In this document: piece after piece, positions 17,852 to 27,274 of the stretch | Layout of the letters: each line of letters begins with the position of its first letter | Position numbering within the stretch: position 1 is the first letter of the stretch | Translations under genes and position numbers: made by a program | Notes under the pieces: model-generated | What the model was told of the DNA's origin: nothing | Databases searched by the model: none | The model's input: only the letters and a program-made list of their open reading frames with translations | NCBI GenBank assembly: GCA_965207225.1 | Contig: CBDBLV010000003.1 | Location: forward strand, 128,001-192,000 | Direction: 5' to 3' | From: Dehalococcoidia bacterium | GTDB taxonomy: Bacteria; Chloroflexota; Dehalococcoidia; Plut-88900 | DNA: 64,000 nucleotides

Positions 17852-18922
17852 TCAAGTCAGCAGCCGTGTCAGGTTCCCCCCGAGCACAAGCTCCCGGTCC
17901 CCATCAGTCATGTACGGCGTGTGGAGACGAATGAGGTCCAGGTTCTGCTGGTAAGTGCACGTCCGGTAGCACCACGGAAGGTCCGACCCCCACACCAGCT
18001 TCGGCCCGAAACGCTTGTACACCTCTTGCATGATCTGGTTGTGGCGCCGGTATGGATACAAAGCGTCGGGGCCCCAGATGCGCTGGTCTTCGTAGGCCAG
18101 CACGTACCCGACTTCCAGGTAAAACTGGCCCGTATCCAGCAGCGGAAACAGCTCGGTCGGTGTCTCTACATACTCGGGATTGGAAGGATGGAGCAGGTTC
18201 CCCCCGACGTGTGAGTCGATCACATCGAGGTCCGGGTACCGGTCCAGCACAGCCTTGAGACCCCTGAGCTGTTCCAGATACTGCGCCCTGGAGTGGAACC
18301 CCGTATTCACGTAAGCCGGAACACCGAGACGGATAGCCTCTCGCCAAAGACGGTCGCACCGAGGGTCGTCCAGAGGGTCTGGAATAGCCTCCCCTCCGAG
18401 GAACAACGCCCGGAACCCGTAATCTTCCACAGCGTGGGTCAGGTTCGCTATCTGGCCCTGCAGAAACTCATCCGACCGGGAAAGCCGATAGTCCACCGCC
18501 GCCGTTGCAAAGAACCGGTCGGGCCGAGTCCTAACGGCATCCAGGAAAAAGCCCTCACGGCCGGTGTCGAACTCAACATAGTCAAAATCAGCCTGGATAA
18601 CGGCCATGTCCACGCCTGCGGCATCCATGTGAGCAATAATCTGCTCGGGGGTGGACTCCATTCGGTCCATGAAGGCCGGCCCGCGTTGCAGCCAGCAGCC
18701 CTCGCCGTGCTTACGCCAGTAGTACCGGCCATGCCTCCCGACAGTAAACCCTACGTCCTCCCCGGGCTCGGGTATGAACTTGGGATCGGTATGACTGGAG
18801 ACCATGCGTCCCCAAAAGTTGGCTACGCTATTTTGTAACTGTGCGACATGATTCGCTGGGTCGGGCCCGACTTCCGGACCGCCCTGGTCGGGGAAAATAT
18901 GAATATGGTTGTCGATAATCAT
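17852..18922 (-). CDS. Amidohydrolase family protein
   Basis: IIDNHIH, SHVGG, VWGSDLPW, VLGGN. Confidence 0.88.
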   Translation of the reverse strand: MIIDNHIHIFPDQGGPEVGPDPANHVAQLQNSVANFWGRMVSSHTDPKFIPEPGEDVGFTVGRHGRYYWRKHGEGCWLQRGPAFMDRMESTPEQIIAHMDAAGVDMAVIQADFDYVEFDTGREGFFLDAVRTRPDRFFATAAVDYRLSRSDEFLQGQIANLTHAVEDYGFRALFLGGEAIPDPLDDPRCDRLWREAIRLGVPAYVNTGFHSRAQYLEQLRGLKAVLDRYPDLDVIDSHVGGNLLHPSNPEYVETPTELFPLLDTGQFYLEVGYVLAYEDQRIWGPDALYPYRRHNQIMQEVYKRFGPKLVWGSDLPWCYRTCTYQQNLDLIRLHTPYMTDGDRELVLGGNLTRLLT

Positions 18923-18941
18923 CTCCGCCCCTTCAGACAGA

Positions 18942-19754
18942 CTATTCATCCCAAAAGGCGTGAAAGTGGTTCAGAGGGCCGTGCCCTTGGCCCACCGGAT
19001 ACGCCGCTTCTATTGACGCCGACACATATTCCTTGGCTTGTGACACTGCCTTTTCAACGGAACATCCCCGGGCCAGGTGCGCCGCTATGGCCGAGGCGAA
19101 AGTACATCCCGTCCCATGCGTATTCTTCGATTTTATACGCTCAGATACGAACTCGTGTACCGCCTCTTCCGAATACAGGATGTCCTTTACGGGCCCCTCC
19201 CGATGCCCGCCCTTGATCACCACCCACTTTGTCCCCATCCCGGTTATGACCCTGGCGGCGCGTACCGCATCTTCGTCCGTCTCTATCGTCATGTCTGTCA
19301 ATGCCTCAGCTTCCGGGACGTTGGGCGTCACCACCAGCGCCCTGGGCAGCAGCCTCGACCTGTACGCATCAATCGCCTCTTCCCGAAGAAGTCGGTCTCC
19401 GCTCTTGGCCACCATTACCGGGTCCACCACCACGTTGGGCATGCCCAAGGCTTGAATCCGGTCGGCCACGGCATCGATTATCCCGCTGTGTGCCAGCATC
19501 CCCGTCTTCACCGCATCCGTCCCGATGTCCGACATCACCGTGTCTATCTGCGCAGCAACCATGTCCGCCGGTATCTCGGCTATCCCGTCTACCGACAGGG
19601 TGTTTTGTGCCGTTACCGCTGTTATCACCGAGGTCCCGTACACACCCAGGGCCGCAAAGGTCTTCAGGTCAGCCTGTATCCCCGCCCCTCCCCCCGAGTC
19701 CGAACCCGCTATCGTCATGGCCCGGGCCACCCGCTTTACTGACGAATGGCTCAT
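18942..19754 (-). CDS. thiD: Hydroxymethylpyrimidine/phosphomethylpyrimidine kinase
   Basis: [49 protein letters not shown]. Confidence 0.96.
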   Translation of the reverse strand: MSHSSVKRVARAMTIAGSDSGGGAGIQADLKTFAALGVYGTSVITAVTAQNTLSVDGIAEIPADMVAAQIDTVMSDIGTDAVKTGMLAHSGIIDAVADRIQALGMPNVVVDPVMVAKSGDRLLREEAIDAYRSRLLPRALVVTPNVPEAEALTDMTIETDEDAVRAARVITGMGTKWVVIKGGHREGPVKDILYSEEAVHEFVSERIKSKNTHGTGCTFASAIAAHLARGCSVEKAVSQAKEYVSASIEAAYPVGQGHGPLNHFHAFWDE

Positions 19755-20623
19755 GCTATGGCTAGCGGGTTCCACGGAGAACCGGTCCCGTGTGTGATCC
19801 GCAAGGGCGTCCCGACGAACAGGAACTCGTACACCCTGTCCCGGGCCAGATCTTGAAGGTCCAGGTTCTCCAGCAGGTAGACCCCCAGGTCCCGGAGCCC
19901 GTGCCGATGCAAGGGCATCTCCACGGGGGACTCAATATTCTCGAAGAGCTCGCATGTTGGGTGGTCCGTCCCTATGGCGACCACATCGTGCTCCTTGAGC
20001 CATGCCAGCACCGAGCCGTCGGGCCCGGGAAACGACCGTGACCAGCTCTCCCTGTCGGAGTGGAACAAGTTGTACCAGCCAGTCCGCACCAGTACCACGT
20101 CCCCGGGTTTCAACTCGATTCCCTGGGCGGCAGCGACGTTATCCAGGTCGGTGGCAGTGACGGACTCGGCAGCGGCAAGGTGCTCGACGCCCTTGTAAGC
20201 CGCTATATCAAGCATGACGCCTCGCCCGAATATGTGGCGCACGTTCTCAATGCCCACGCGCTCGACTCCACGGCTGCTTGCATATTTCTCCGACGAAAAC
20301 CCGTTGTATAGCTGGCCGTCGTGCCACGAATGCCCTATCCCGTCTATGTGCGTGCCGGAATGAGTCTCCATTGCGATCACGTCGTCGATAATGTCAAGCT
20401 CGGGGCCGTACAGGTGCTGCCAATGCGACACCCGCCACGTCTTATGGAATAGAGGGAACTGCGGCCCGTCTTTCTCCAACGGGACCGCCAGGCTGTAGAT
20501 ATCCCCCTTCTTCACTAGCTTTATCGCTTCCAGCACGGACGCTTGGTTCTGGATGAGGTTCAGGACACCTATCTGGTCGTCGGGGCCCCACCGACCCCAG
20601 TTGGACAGCTTTTCATTACTCAT
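19751..20623 (-). CDS. Cyclase family metal-dependent hydrolase (kynurenine formamidase-like)
   Basis: [35 protein letters not shown]; ATGA overlap with thiD. Confidence 0.92.
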   Translation of the reverse strand: MSNEKLSNWGRWGPDDQIGVLNLIQNQASVLEAIKLVKKGDIYSLAVPLEKDGPQFPLFHKTWRVSHWQHLYGPELDIIDDVIAMETHSGTHIDGIGHSWHDGQLYNGFSSEKYASSRGVERVGIENVRHIFGRGVMLDIAAYKGVEHLAAAESVTATDLDNVAAAQGIELKPGDVVLVRTGWYNLFHSDRESWSRSFPGPDGSVLAWLKEHDVVAIGTDHPTCELFENIESPVEMPLHRHGLRDLGVYLLENLDLQDLARDRVYEFLFVGTPLRITHGTGSPWNPLAIA

Positions 20624-20635
20624 GTTGTGCCCTTC

Positions 20636-21511
20636 CTATATGATCGCCAGTGGATTCCAGGGAGAGCCCGTGGCATGGGTCAGCCGCAGCGGCGCCCCTA
20701 TGAAAAGAAACTCGTAGACCTTGTCCCGGGCCAACTCCTCCAGGTCAAGGTTCTCTAGTATGTACACCCCCAGGTCCCGAAGGGCATACCGGTGAAGTGG
20801 AAGCCCCCCCTCCGGGCTCCCGACCTTGATCCTCAGCTCGCAAGTCGGGTGGTCCGTGCCGATGGCGCATACGTCGTGCTCCTTCAGCCACGGCAGCACC
20901 GAGGCATTTGGTCCCGGAAAAGATGTGGCCCACCTTGCCCTGTCCTTCTCGAACAGCGTGTACCACCCGGTGCGGATCATTACCACGTCACCCGGTTCAA
21001 GCGAGATGCCCTGCGCCCGTGCCGCCCCATCCAGGTCCTCGGGGGTTATGGCCTCGGCCTCCTGGAGGTGATCGACACCCCTATACGCCGCAACGTCCAG
21101 CATCACCCCCCGACCCACTATGTGCCGTACATTCTCGATACCCGTCCGCTCGACTCCACGGCTGCCGGCGTACTCATCCGAGGAGAAGCCGTTATAGAAC
21201 TGGCCGTCGGCCCACACGTGCCCAATAGCATCAATATGCGTGCCGGAATGGGTCTCCATGATGATGACGTCGTCGATGATGGACTGGTCGGGGTCCTTGC
21301 GTTCCGCCACATGCGAGACGCGCCAGGTCTTGTGGAAGGTCGGCATCTGCGGCCCGTCCTTCTCAAGCGGCACCGCCAGGCTGTAAATCTTCCCCTCCCT
21401 GACCATGCTGAACGCCTTGAGCACCTGCTCCCGACCCTGCAGCAAGTTGAGAACGCCTATCTGGTCGTCCGGGCCCCACCGGCCCCAGTTGGAAAGGTTC
21501 GTATCCGTCAT
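20636..21511 (-). CDS. Cyclase family metal-dependent hydrolase, tandem paralog
   Basis: Same motifs, highly similar to the adjacent cyclase. Confidence 0.92.
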   Translation of the reverse strand: MTDTNLSNWGRWGPDDQIGVLNLLQGREQVLKAFSMVREGKIYSLAVPLEKDGPQMPTFHKTWRVSHVAERKDPDQSIIDDVIIMETHSGTHIDAIGHVWADGQFYNGFSSDEYAGSRGVERTGIENVRHIVGRGVMLDVAAYRGVDHLQEAEAITPEDLDGAARAQGISLEPGDVVMIRTGWYTLFEKDRARWATSFPGPNASVLPWLKEHDVCAIGTDHPTCELRIKVGSPEGGLPLHRYALRDLGVYILENLDLEELARDKVYEFLFIGAPLRLTHATGSPWNPLAII

Positions 21512-21623
21512 GGCTTCCTCCGGTAACTGGCTGTGAGTCGACTAACGGCCTGATTATACGGGTTTTGGGGGGTTGGGTGGGTTATAATTGACCCACAGGC
21601 CCTATCCCAAAGGAGGACCGAGG

Positions 21624-22055
21624 TTGAAGAAGAAGACTTTCGAGCAGGCCCTGAAGGGCGCCGTCAAGATGTCCGAAAAGTACGTCGAGAAGGGCCCCTA
21701 CGAGTTCTACTCCGACCCCGAGATCGTCGACGAGGTCCAGAAGGGTCTCGCCAAGAACGAGGTCAAGTGGGGATACCGATACTGTCCCTGAATGATCGTA
21801 GAAGGCGACCCGGAGCGGGATCGCATGAAGATCTGCCCCTGCGAGAGGCACCACGAGGACATAGCTCGGGATGGCTTCTGTATATGAATGTTCTTCGTAA
21901 GCGAAGAGTTTCTTCGCAAGATGGAGCAGGGCGAGGAGCCCATGAGCACCCTGGCCGGAGAGGGCGGTGCCCCCGGTGAGGAGCTGTTCCCCGACGACAA
22001 GTACACCGGCGCCCCCAAGAAGTCGGCCCGGGGCCCGGCCAGCCGTAAGAAATAG
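21624..22055 (+). CDS. Ferredoxin:thioredoxin reductase catalytic subunit-like selenoprotein with two Sec (U56, U88), 143 aa
   Basis: AGGAGG RBS plus TTG start; GLAKNEVKWGYRYCP-TGA...KICPC...DGFCI-TGA-MFFV; frame continues to TAG 22053-22055; SECIS-like hairpins after both TGAs. Confidence 0.88.
21805..21824 (+). promoter_or_regulatory. Putative bacterial SECIS element 1
   Basis: GCGA-CCCG-GAG-CGGG-A-TCGC hairpin starting 13 nt after TGA 21789-21791. Confidence 0.7.
21901..21917 (+). promoter_or_regulatory. Putative bacterial SECIS element 2
   Basis: GCGAAGA-GTT-TCTTCGC hairpin starting 13 nt after TGA 21885-21887. Confidence 0.72.
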
Positions 22056-22200
22056 CCCAACGACCTTTTTTGCATGTGGAATAATGGGAAACTGCTGAGC
22101 AGTTTCCCATTATCATGTACGGAGGAAACGCAACCTCAGACCCCTGCTTGCGTTATCTATTGCAAGGCCCGCATTTCACGATTACGACCTCAAGACATAG

Positions 22201-23577
22201 GTGGAAATGATTAAGCTCAAGTTACTGGCCGTGGCCCTTATCGCTTTATTGGTCGCGGCCGCATGCGGAGGCGGAGTAGACGCAACTGCCACCACCGAGG
22301 CCGGGGCCCTGACCCCCCAGGCCCGGGATACCACCGGCACCCCGACTCCCACGGCCACCACCCCCATCCCCACCGCCACCCCCATACCCGCTCCCGGCGT
22401 GGTAATTCCCACCCCCGTCTCCTTCATCCCCGACCTGGGGGACATCGCCTATGGTTATGTCGAGACCATCGTAAGCAGGTTCGGAGAACGGGATTCCGCC
22501 ACAGACGGCGAACTGGCGGCGGCCGAATACATCGCCGGCGAATTCCAGTCCTTTGGATACGATGCCGAGCTCCGCAGCTTTGACCTCCAGGTGATTGACG
22601 ACTCGGAGCCCTGGCTAAGGGTAACCAGCGATGGAGACCGGGAAATCGAGGCCTTGTTCATGTTCCGCACGGGCTTCGGAGACGTGGAAGGGACTCTGGT
22701 GAACGTTGGGCTTGGCCTCGAGGACGACTTCCCGGATGAGGGCCTTGACGGGGCCGTTGCCCTCATCGAACGGGGTGGAGCCGACTTTGAAGTCAAGTTC
22801 CAAAACGCCGTGGCCGCCGGGGCCTCTGCAGTCATCATCTACAACAATGAACCGGACAACTTCTCCGGCACCCTCCAGTCTCAGGGCCAGGTACCGGTCC
22901 TCTCCTTGAGCCAGGAAGACGGCCAGGCCCTCGCTTCGATGATAGAGTCCGGCGAAGTAAGCGTCCGCGTCCGTGTCATAACCCTCGACCGGGAGAGCCG
23001 CAACGTAGTGGCCGTCAAGGAGGGGTCCGACCCCAACGCCCTCGGCATCGTGGTCGGCGCCCACTTTGATGGCGACGCCGAATCGGTCGGAGCCAACGAC
23101 AACGCATCCGGGACTGCAGCTCTCCTCGCCGTGGCCGATGCCTTGAAGGACGACACCTTCGCTGCGGACGTCACTTTCGTCGCTTTCGGCGCCTCGGGCC
23201 TCGGCCTTATCGGCGCCCAGAGCTTTGCCAGCGGCCTGCTGGACGAAGGTGCCCCGACCGTCGGTCTGATGATTAACATGGACGTGGTTGGAAGCGGCGA
23301 GAGAGCAGTCGTGGCGGGGGACCCCGTCACACAGCTTGAAACCCTTCGGCTGGGCACGGAGCTCGGGGCGGTAGTTTCGCCCGGCAACACACCCGACGGA
23401 GTCTTTAGTGATCACATGGTCTTCCAGGCCCTGGACATTCCCACCGCCTTCTTCTTCACAGATGACCTTTCCAGGGTCAACACCCCTGAGGACACCCTGG
23501 AATTCGTAGACGCGGCTTTGCTGGGCGATGTCGTGAATTTGGTCGTTGCCCTGGTCCGCAGTGGTGCAGGTCAGTAG
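22201..23577 (+). CDS. M28 aminopeptidase-like lipoprotein with PA domain, probably catalytically degenerate
   Basis: Lipobox AAAC; PA domain (ALIERG, GASAVIIYN); GAHFD, GANDNASG, SDH; EE replaced by SG and YHT by VNT. Confidence 0.88.
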   Translation: MEMIKLKLLAVALIALLVAAACGGGVDATATTEAGALTPQARDTTGTPTPTATTPIPTATPIPAPGVVIPTPVSFIPDLGDIAYGYVETIVSRFGERDSATDGELAAAEYIAGEFQSFGYDAELRSFDLQVIDDSEPWLRVTSDGDREIEALFMFRTGFGDVEGTLVNVGLGLEDDFPDEGLDGAVALIERGGADFEVKFQNAVAAGASAVIIYNNEPDNFSGTLQSQGQVPVLSLSQEDGQALASMIESGEVSVRVRVITLDRESRNVVAVKEGSDPNALGIVVGAHFDGDAESVGANDNASGTAALLAVADALKDDTFAADVTFVAFGASGLGLIGAQSFASGLLDEGAPTVGLMINMDVVGSGERAVVAGDPVTQLETLRLGTELGAVVSPGNTPDGVFSDHMVFQALDIPTAFFFTDDLSRVNTPEDTLEFVDAALLGDVVNLVVALVRSGAGQ

Positions 23578-23597
23578 TGCACGGGCTTAACTGACAG

Positions 23598-24974
23598 ATG
23601 ACTCTTAAGCAATACCTACCGTGGCGCGTTGCCACCGCCGTGGCGTTGTTGATCGCCGCGGTAGCGCTCTGGGCCGCCCTGTTGGTCGGCGCTTCCGCGG
23701 ACAACGACTGGATCGAGTTCGGAGACCAGTCCGCCGTCATCAACTTCCCCGACGACATGGTCTTCACCCTGGAGTTCACCACCGACAGACCCGTGGCCCG
23801 CGCCAACCTCTCCTTCAACATCGTCGGGCAGGACTCAGGCCGCATCGAACCAGCCGATATCAAGGCAGGTGACCCGTCAACAGCCGAGTTCACCCTCAGG
23901 ACCCGGGGCGGGAGCAGCACTTTCATCCCCCCTGGCGCTGTTATGACCTACCGGTGGATCATCGAAGACGAGGATGGAAACTCCGCGGAAACAGAGTCCA
24001 CCCAACTGATGTACACGGACACCCGCTTCGAATGGAATACCGTCTCCCGTGACAACATTTACGTGCACTACAACGGCCCCACCAGGACCCGCGCCGAGAC
24101 CATACTGGACGCCTCTGCCATTACCCTGAACAACATGGGCAGGCTTCTCAACGCCGAGTTGACCAGGGACGTCAACGTGGTCATGTACAACAATCCCCTC
24201 CAGATGAAGGACGCCCTTCCCTTCATCAGCCAGGCTAGCTCCAGCGGGCTGGTGACCCAGGGCCAGGCATACGGTAAGGAGGGGGTGCTGTTGATAAACG
24301 GCTTCGATAGCCAGATTGAGGGCATCGTATCCCACGAAGTTACCCACCTGCTGGTAGCTCAGGCAGGAGAAGGCCCCGGCAAACGGGTCCCGGACTGGCT
24401 CAACGAAGGTCTGGCAGAATACGGCAACATCCAGCCCGGCGTCTCCTACGATCTCGCCGTCCTGCGCGCCGTGCGCACCGACACCCTATATCCCCTCGTA
24501 CAGCTTGCCAACCGACCCGGAGAACCCGAGGCCGTCATCGTCTTCTACGGCCATTCCCGCCAGGTCGTCGACTTCATGATCGAAACCTTTGGCCCCGACA
24601 AGATGAGTCAGCTACTGCGGGAATTCCGGGACGGCGACTTAAACTTCGAAGACACCCTTGAGAAGGTCTACGGCCACACCCTCACGGAGATAGACAACAT
24701 GTGGCGGGACAGCCTGGGTCTTCCTCACGTCTCGACAGAGAGAATAGGTAACAGGCCGAGTTCCGCCGCCCCCACCCCCCGACCCACCCTACCTCCGCTG
24801 GGAGCTCCCACTGCCACGCCTTTGCCGACTGCCCCTCCACCTCCCACCTCTACCCCCCTTCCGGCACTCGCCCCCGACTCGTCGGGAGCAGGGAGCGGAT
24901 ATCTCTGGCTTCTACTGCTATTGCTGCTGATTCCGGCGTCGGCAATAGGGCTATTTCTCTTGCGTCGGCGGTAG
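23598..24974 (+). CDS. Secreted, C-terminally anchored peptidase MA-like (gluzincin) protein
   Basis: Signal peptide, HEVTH, WLNEGLAEY, Pro-rich linker, SSGAGS-TM-RRR tail. Confidence 0.85.
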   Translation: MTLKQYLPWRVATAVALLIAAVALWAALLVGASADNDWIEFGDQSAVINFPDDMVFTLEFTTDRPVARANLSFNIVGQDSGRIEPADIKAGDPSTAEFTLRTRGGSSTFIPPGAVMTYRWIIEDEDGNSAETESTQLMYTDTRFEWNTVSRDNIYVHYNGPTRTRAETILDASAITLNNMGRLLNAELTRDVNVVMYNNPLQMKDALPFISQASSSGLVTQGQAYGKEGVLLINGFDSQIEGIVSHEVTHLLVAQAGEGPGKRVPDWLNEGLAEYGNIQPGVSYDLAVLRAVRTDTLYPLVQLANRPGEPEAVIVFYGHSRQVVDFMIETFGPDKMSQLLREFRDGDLNFEDTLEKVYGHTLTEIDNMWRDSLGLPHVSTERIGNRPSSAAPTPRPTLPPLGAPTATPLPTAPPPPTSTPLPALAPDSSGAGSGYLWLLLLLLLIPASAIGLFLLRRR

Positions 24975-25240
24975 AGGTGCGCCCTTCCGTACATACGCCC
25001 ATCCCCCGGACGTGCTGCGATTTTCGGAAAGCGGTTCGTGGTCACTGATTTTGATTAGCGCCGCCACCGACCCCGGCAGCCTGGCAACCCTGGCCTCCTC
25101 CATCCTGGAAATCACCCCTTCCTAAAAGCACGGGCTTACGGTCTACAGGGTCGGACTTGCAGATGCATCGCAAGATGACGTGGATTTGATTGCATCCAGT
25201 CCGGCGACGGTGAATCTATAGGCTTTCAGGCCACTAACCG

Positions 25241-27274
25241 CTATCGCGTCCTCGGGTTCAGCACGTCATTCAGTCCGTCCCCCAGCAGGTTCCAGGCGTA
25301 GATGAGTATGGCTATTGTCGCGGCCGGAACTAGGAGCAGGTGTGGATCATCCCGCAATATCGACAGGTTGGATATTCCGAAGTTCTCCAGGATCATCCGC
25401 CCGAGACTCGGGTTAGGGGGTTGTATCCCAATCCCGAACCAGCTCAGCACAACCTCAGACCCCGCCACCGCCCCCATCCCCACTGACACCGAGACAATAA
25501 CCGGGCTCAGGGCATTCGGAAGCAGGTGCCGGAATATGATGCGCATGTTGGAGGCGCCCATCGCCCTTGCCGCCTCCACATACTGGCTCTCTTTCAGCCA
25601 CAGGAGTTGGCCCCTGACCAGCCGGGCCATCCCCACCCAGCTGAACAGCGTCAGTGATGCAAACACCACGAAATAGTCCACCCCGCCCGACCGCACGATC
25701 CCGTCTATCCCGGACCAGTCCTCGAAGGCCCTGACCCACTCCACGACCCTCGGCTTCACCGTCGCCGCTATCAGGATGATCAGCAATATGCCGGGGAAGG
25801 CCAGGAATATATCGCCGGTGCGCATTATCACCGTGTCCACCCGCCTCCCGAAGTAACCCGCCGCCGCCCCCATGAATACCCCTATCAGCAGCGACCCCGT
25901 GAGCACCGAAGCCAGGGTGATGATTACGGTAGTCCGAATTCCGTAAATCACCCGGCTCAGCAGGTCCCGCCCGATCCTGTCCGTACCCAGCGGGTGCTCA
26001 AGACTCGGGGGCCACTTGAAGATAGACGGGCCCTCGATGAGGTCCGTGGAGGCCAGCTCGCTCCAGGTGTCCCCGCCGTTGGTGGTTATAAACAACCCGC
26101 CGTCCACGGTCCCGGCAAATAGGGTGCCGTCATTGCCGAAGTCAGGGGAAATTGCCAGGCCCTCGGCCTTCGTTATGCTTAGACCAGCAGTCGCCGTCAC
26201 CCAACTGGCGCCCTCATCCACCGACCGAAAGATCCCCAGGCTGCCCGTGTTCGCGAATATGGTCCGGTCCGACTCGTAGCCCGGGGAAGTCAGCAGGGCG
26301 AGCACCTGCTGGCTGTTCAGCCTTGCATCCATCAATTCCCATGTCGACCCCCTGTCCCGAGACCTCAGCAACCCCTCGGACGAGGTAACGTACAGGGTGC
26401 CGTCCCGCCCGAACCCCGGCGATATCGCCATGGTCGCCTCACGGGACACGCCGGCACTGGCCTCGTAGACCGGCGCCCAGGATATGCCTGCATCCGTAGA
26501 GCGATACACCTCTTCCACCGTCCGAAATGACCCGGTCTTCCTCTCGGTGACCGTTGCGAAGACCGTGTTGTCGGAGGCAAAGTCGGGGGAGAACACGACG
26601 TGAGAGGCGGCTGGGGCCTCGCTCTGAAATCCGCTGTTGACGTTGGCCCAGCTAGAACCCCGGTCACCGCTCCGGTACAGACCCCCAGACAGCGCCGCAA
26701 TGGCGATACCATCTGAGCCAAAGGTGGGGGACGCGGCCAGGTGCTTTACGCCGCGATTTGCAGGGAGGCCTTCGCTGGCCTCTTCCCATGTCGAGGCCCC
26801 GTCCCGGGACACGAATATCCCCTGCGGGGTCCCCGCAAAGACCACGTTATTGTCCCCCTCAATCGAGACCGGTGCCAGCACGTCAACGTTCACCGCCCCC
26901 AGCCCCGTGTTCACCTGCTCCCAGGACCCGCCCGCATTCTCCGACCTGAACACCCCGATGGGGGTGTAGTTGTACAGGGTTGAGTCTTCAGTCCAGCGCG
27001 GAGAGATGACTAGCCCCTGGAAACCGGGTAAATCCTCCAGGTTGGTCGACGGTGTCTCCCTATAGTCCCGGGGAGCGGTCCAGGGGGCCAGGGCGCCGCC
27101 CACATAGAGAATTACTATCAGGATCAGCGCCCCGAAAGCCACCTTCTTGCGCCGGAGTCGCGCCCAGGCCTGCGCCCAGGGTCCGCCCCGCATCTGCGCA
27201 TCGTCGGAAGAGTCCCGTCGGCCCCTCCGGAAGAGACCCCACACCCGACCCAGCACCTGTAGAAGGCTAGTCAT
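25241..27274 (-). CDS. Opp/Dpp ABC permease (OppC-like) with inserted BNR/Asp-box beta-propeller
   Basis: OppC N-terminus, about seven SxDxGxxW repeats, then HPLGTDRIGRDLLSR, YVEAARAMGA, HLLPN, GDGLNDVLNP. Confidence 0.9.
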   Translation of the reverse strand: MTSLLQVLGRVWGLFRRGRRDSSDDAQMRGGPWAQAWARLRRKKVAFGALILIVILYVGGALAPWTAPRDYRETPSTNLEDLPGFQGLVISPRWTEDSTLYNYTPIGVFRSENAGGSWEQVNTGLGAVNVDVLAPVSIEGDNNVVFAGTPQGIFVSRDGASTWEEASEGLPANRGVKHLAASPTFGSDGIAIAALSGGLYRSGDRGSSWANVNSGFQSEAPAASHVVFSPDFASDNTVFATVTERKTGSFRTVEEVYRSTDAGISWAPVYEASAGVSREATMAISPGFGRDGTLYVTSSEGLLRSRDRGSTWELMDARLNSQQVLALLTSPGYESDRTIFANTGSLGIFRSVDEGASWVTATAGLSITKAEGLAISPDFGNDGTLFAGTVDGGLFITTNGGDTWSELASTDLIEGPSIFKWPPSLEHPLGTDRIGRDLLSRVIYGIRTTVIITLASVLTGSLLIGVFMGAAAGYFGRRVDTVIMRTGDIFLAFPGILLIILIAATVKPRVVEWVRAFEDWSGIDGIVRSGGVDYFVVFASLTLFSWVGMARLVRGQLLWLKESQYVEAARAMGASNMRIIFRHLLPNALSPVIVSVSVGMGAVAGSEVVLSWFGIGIQPPNPSLGRMILENFGISNLSILRDDPHLLLVPAATIAILIYAWNLLGDGLNDVLNPRTR

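Noticed and set aside
21588-21791. 67-aa ORF ending at YCP, or a pseudogene with two nonsense mutations
   Set aside because: Both stops are TGA at the two redox Cys positions, each with a matching downstream hairpin; recoding explains this better
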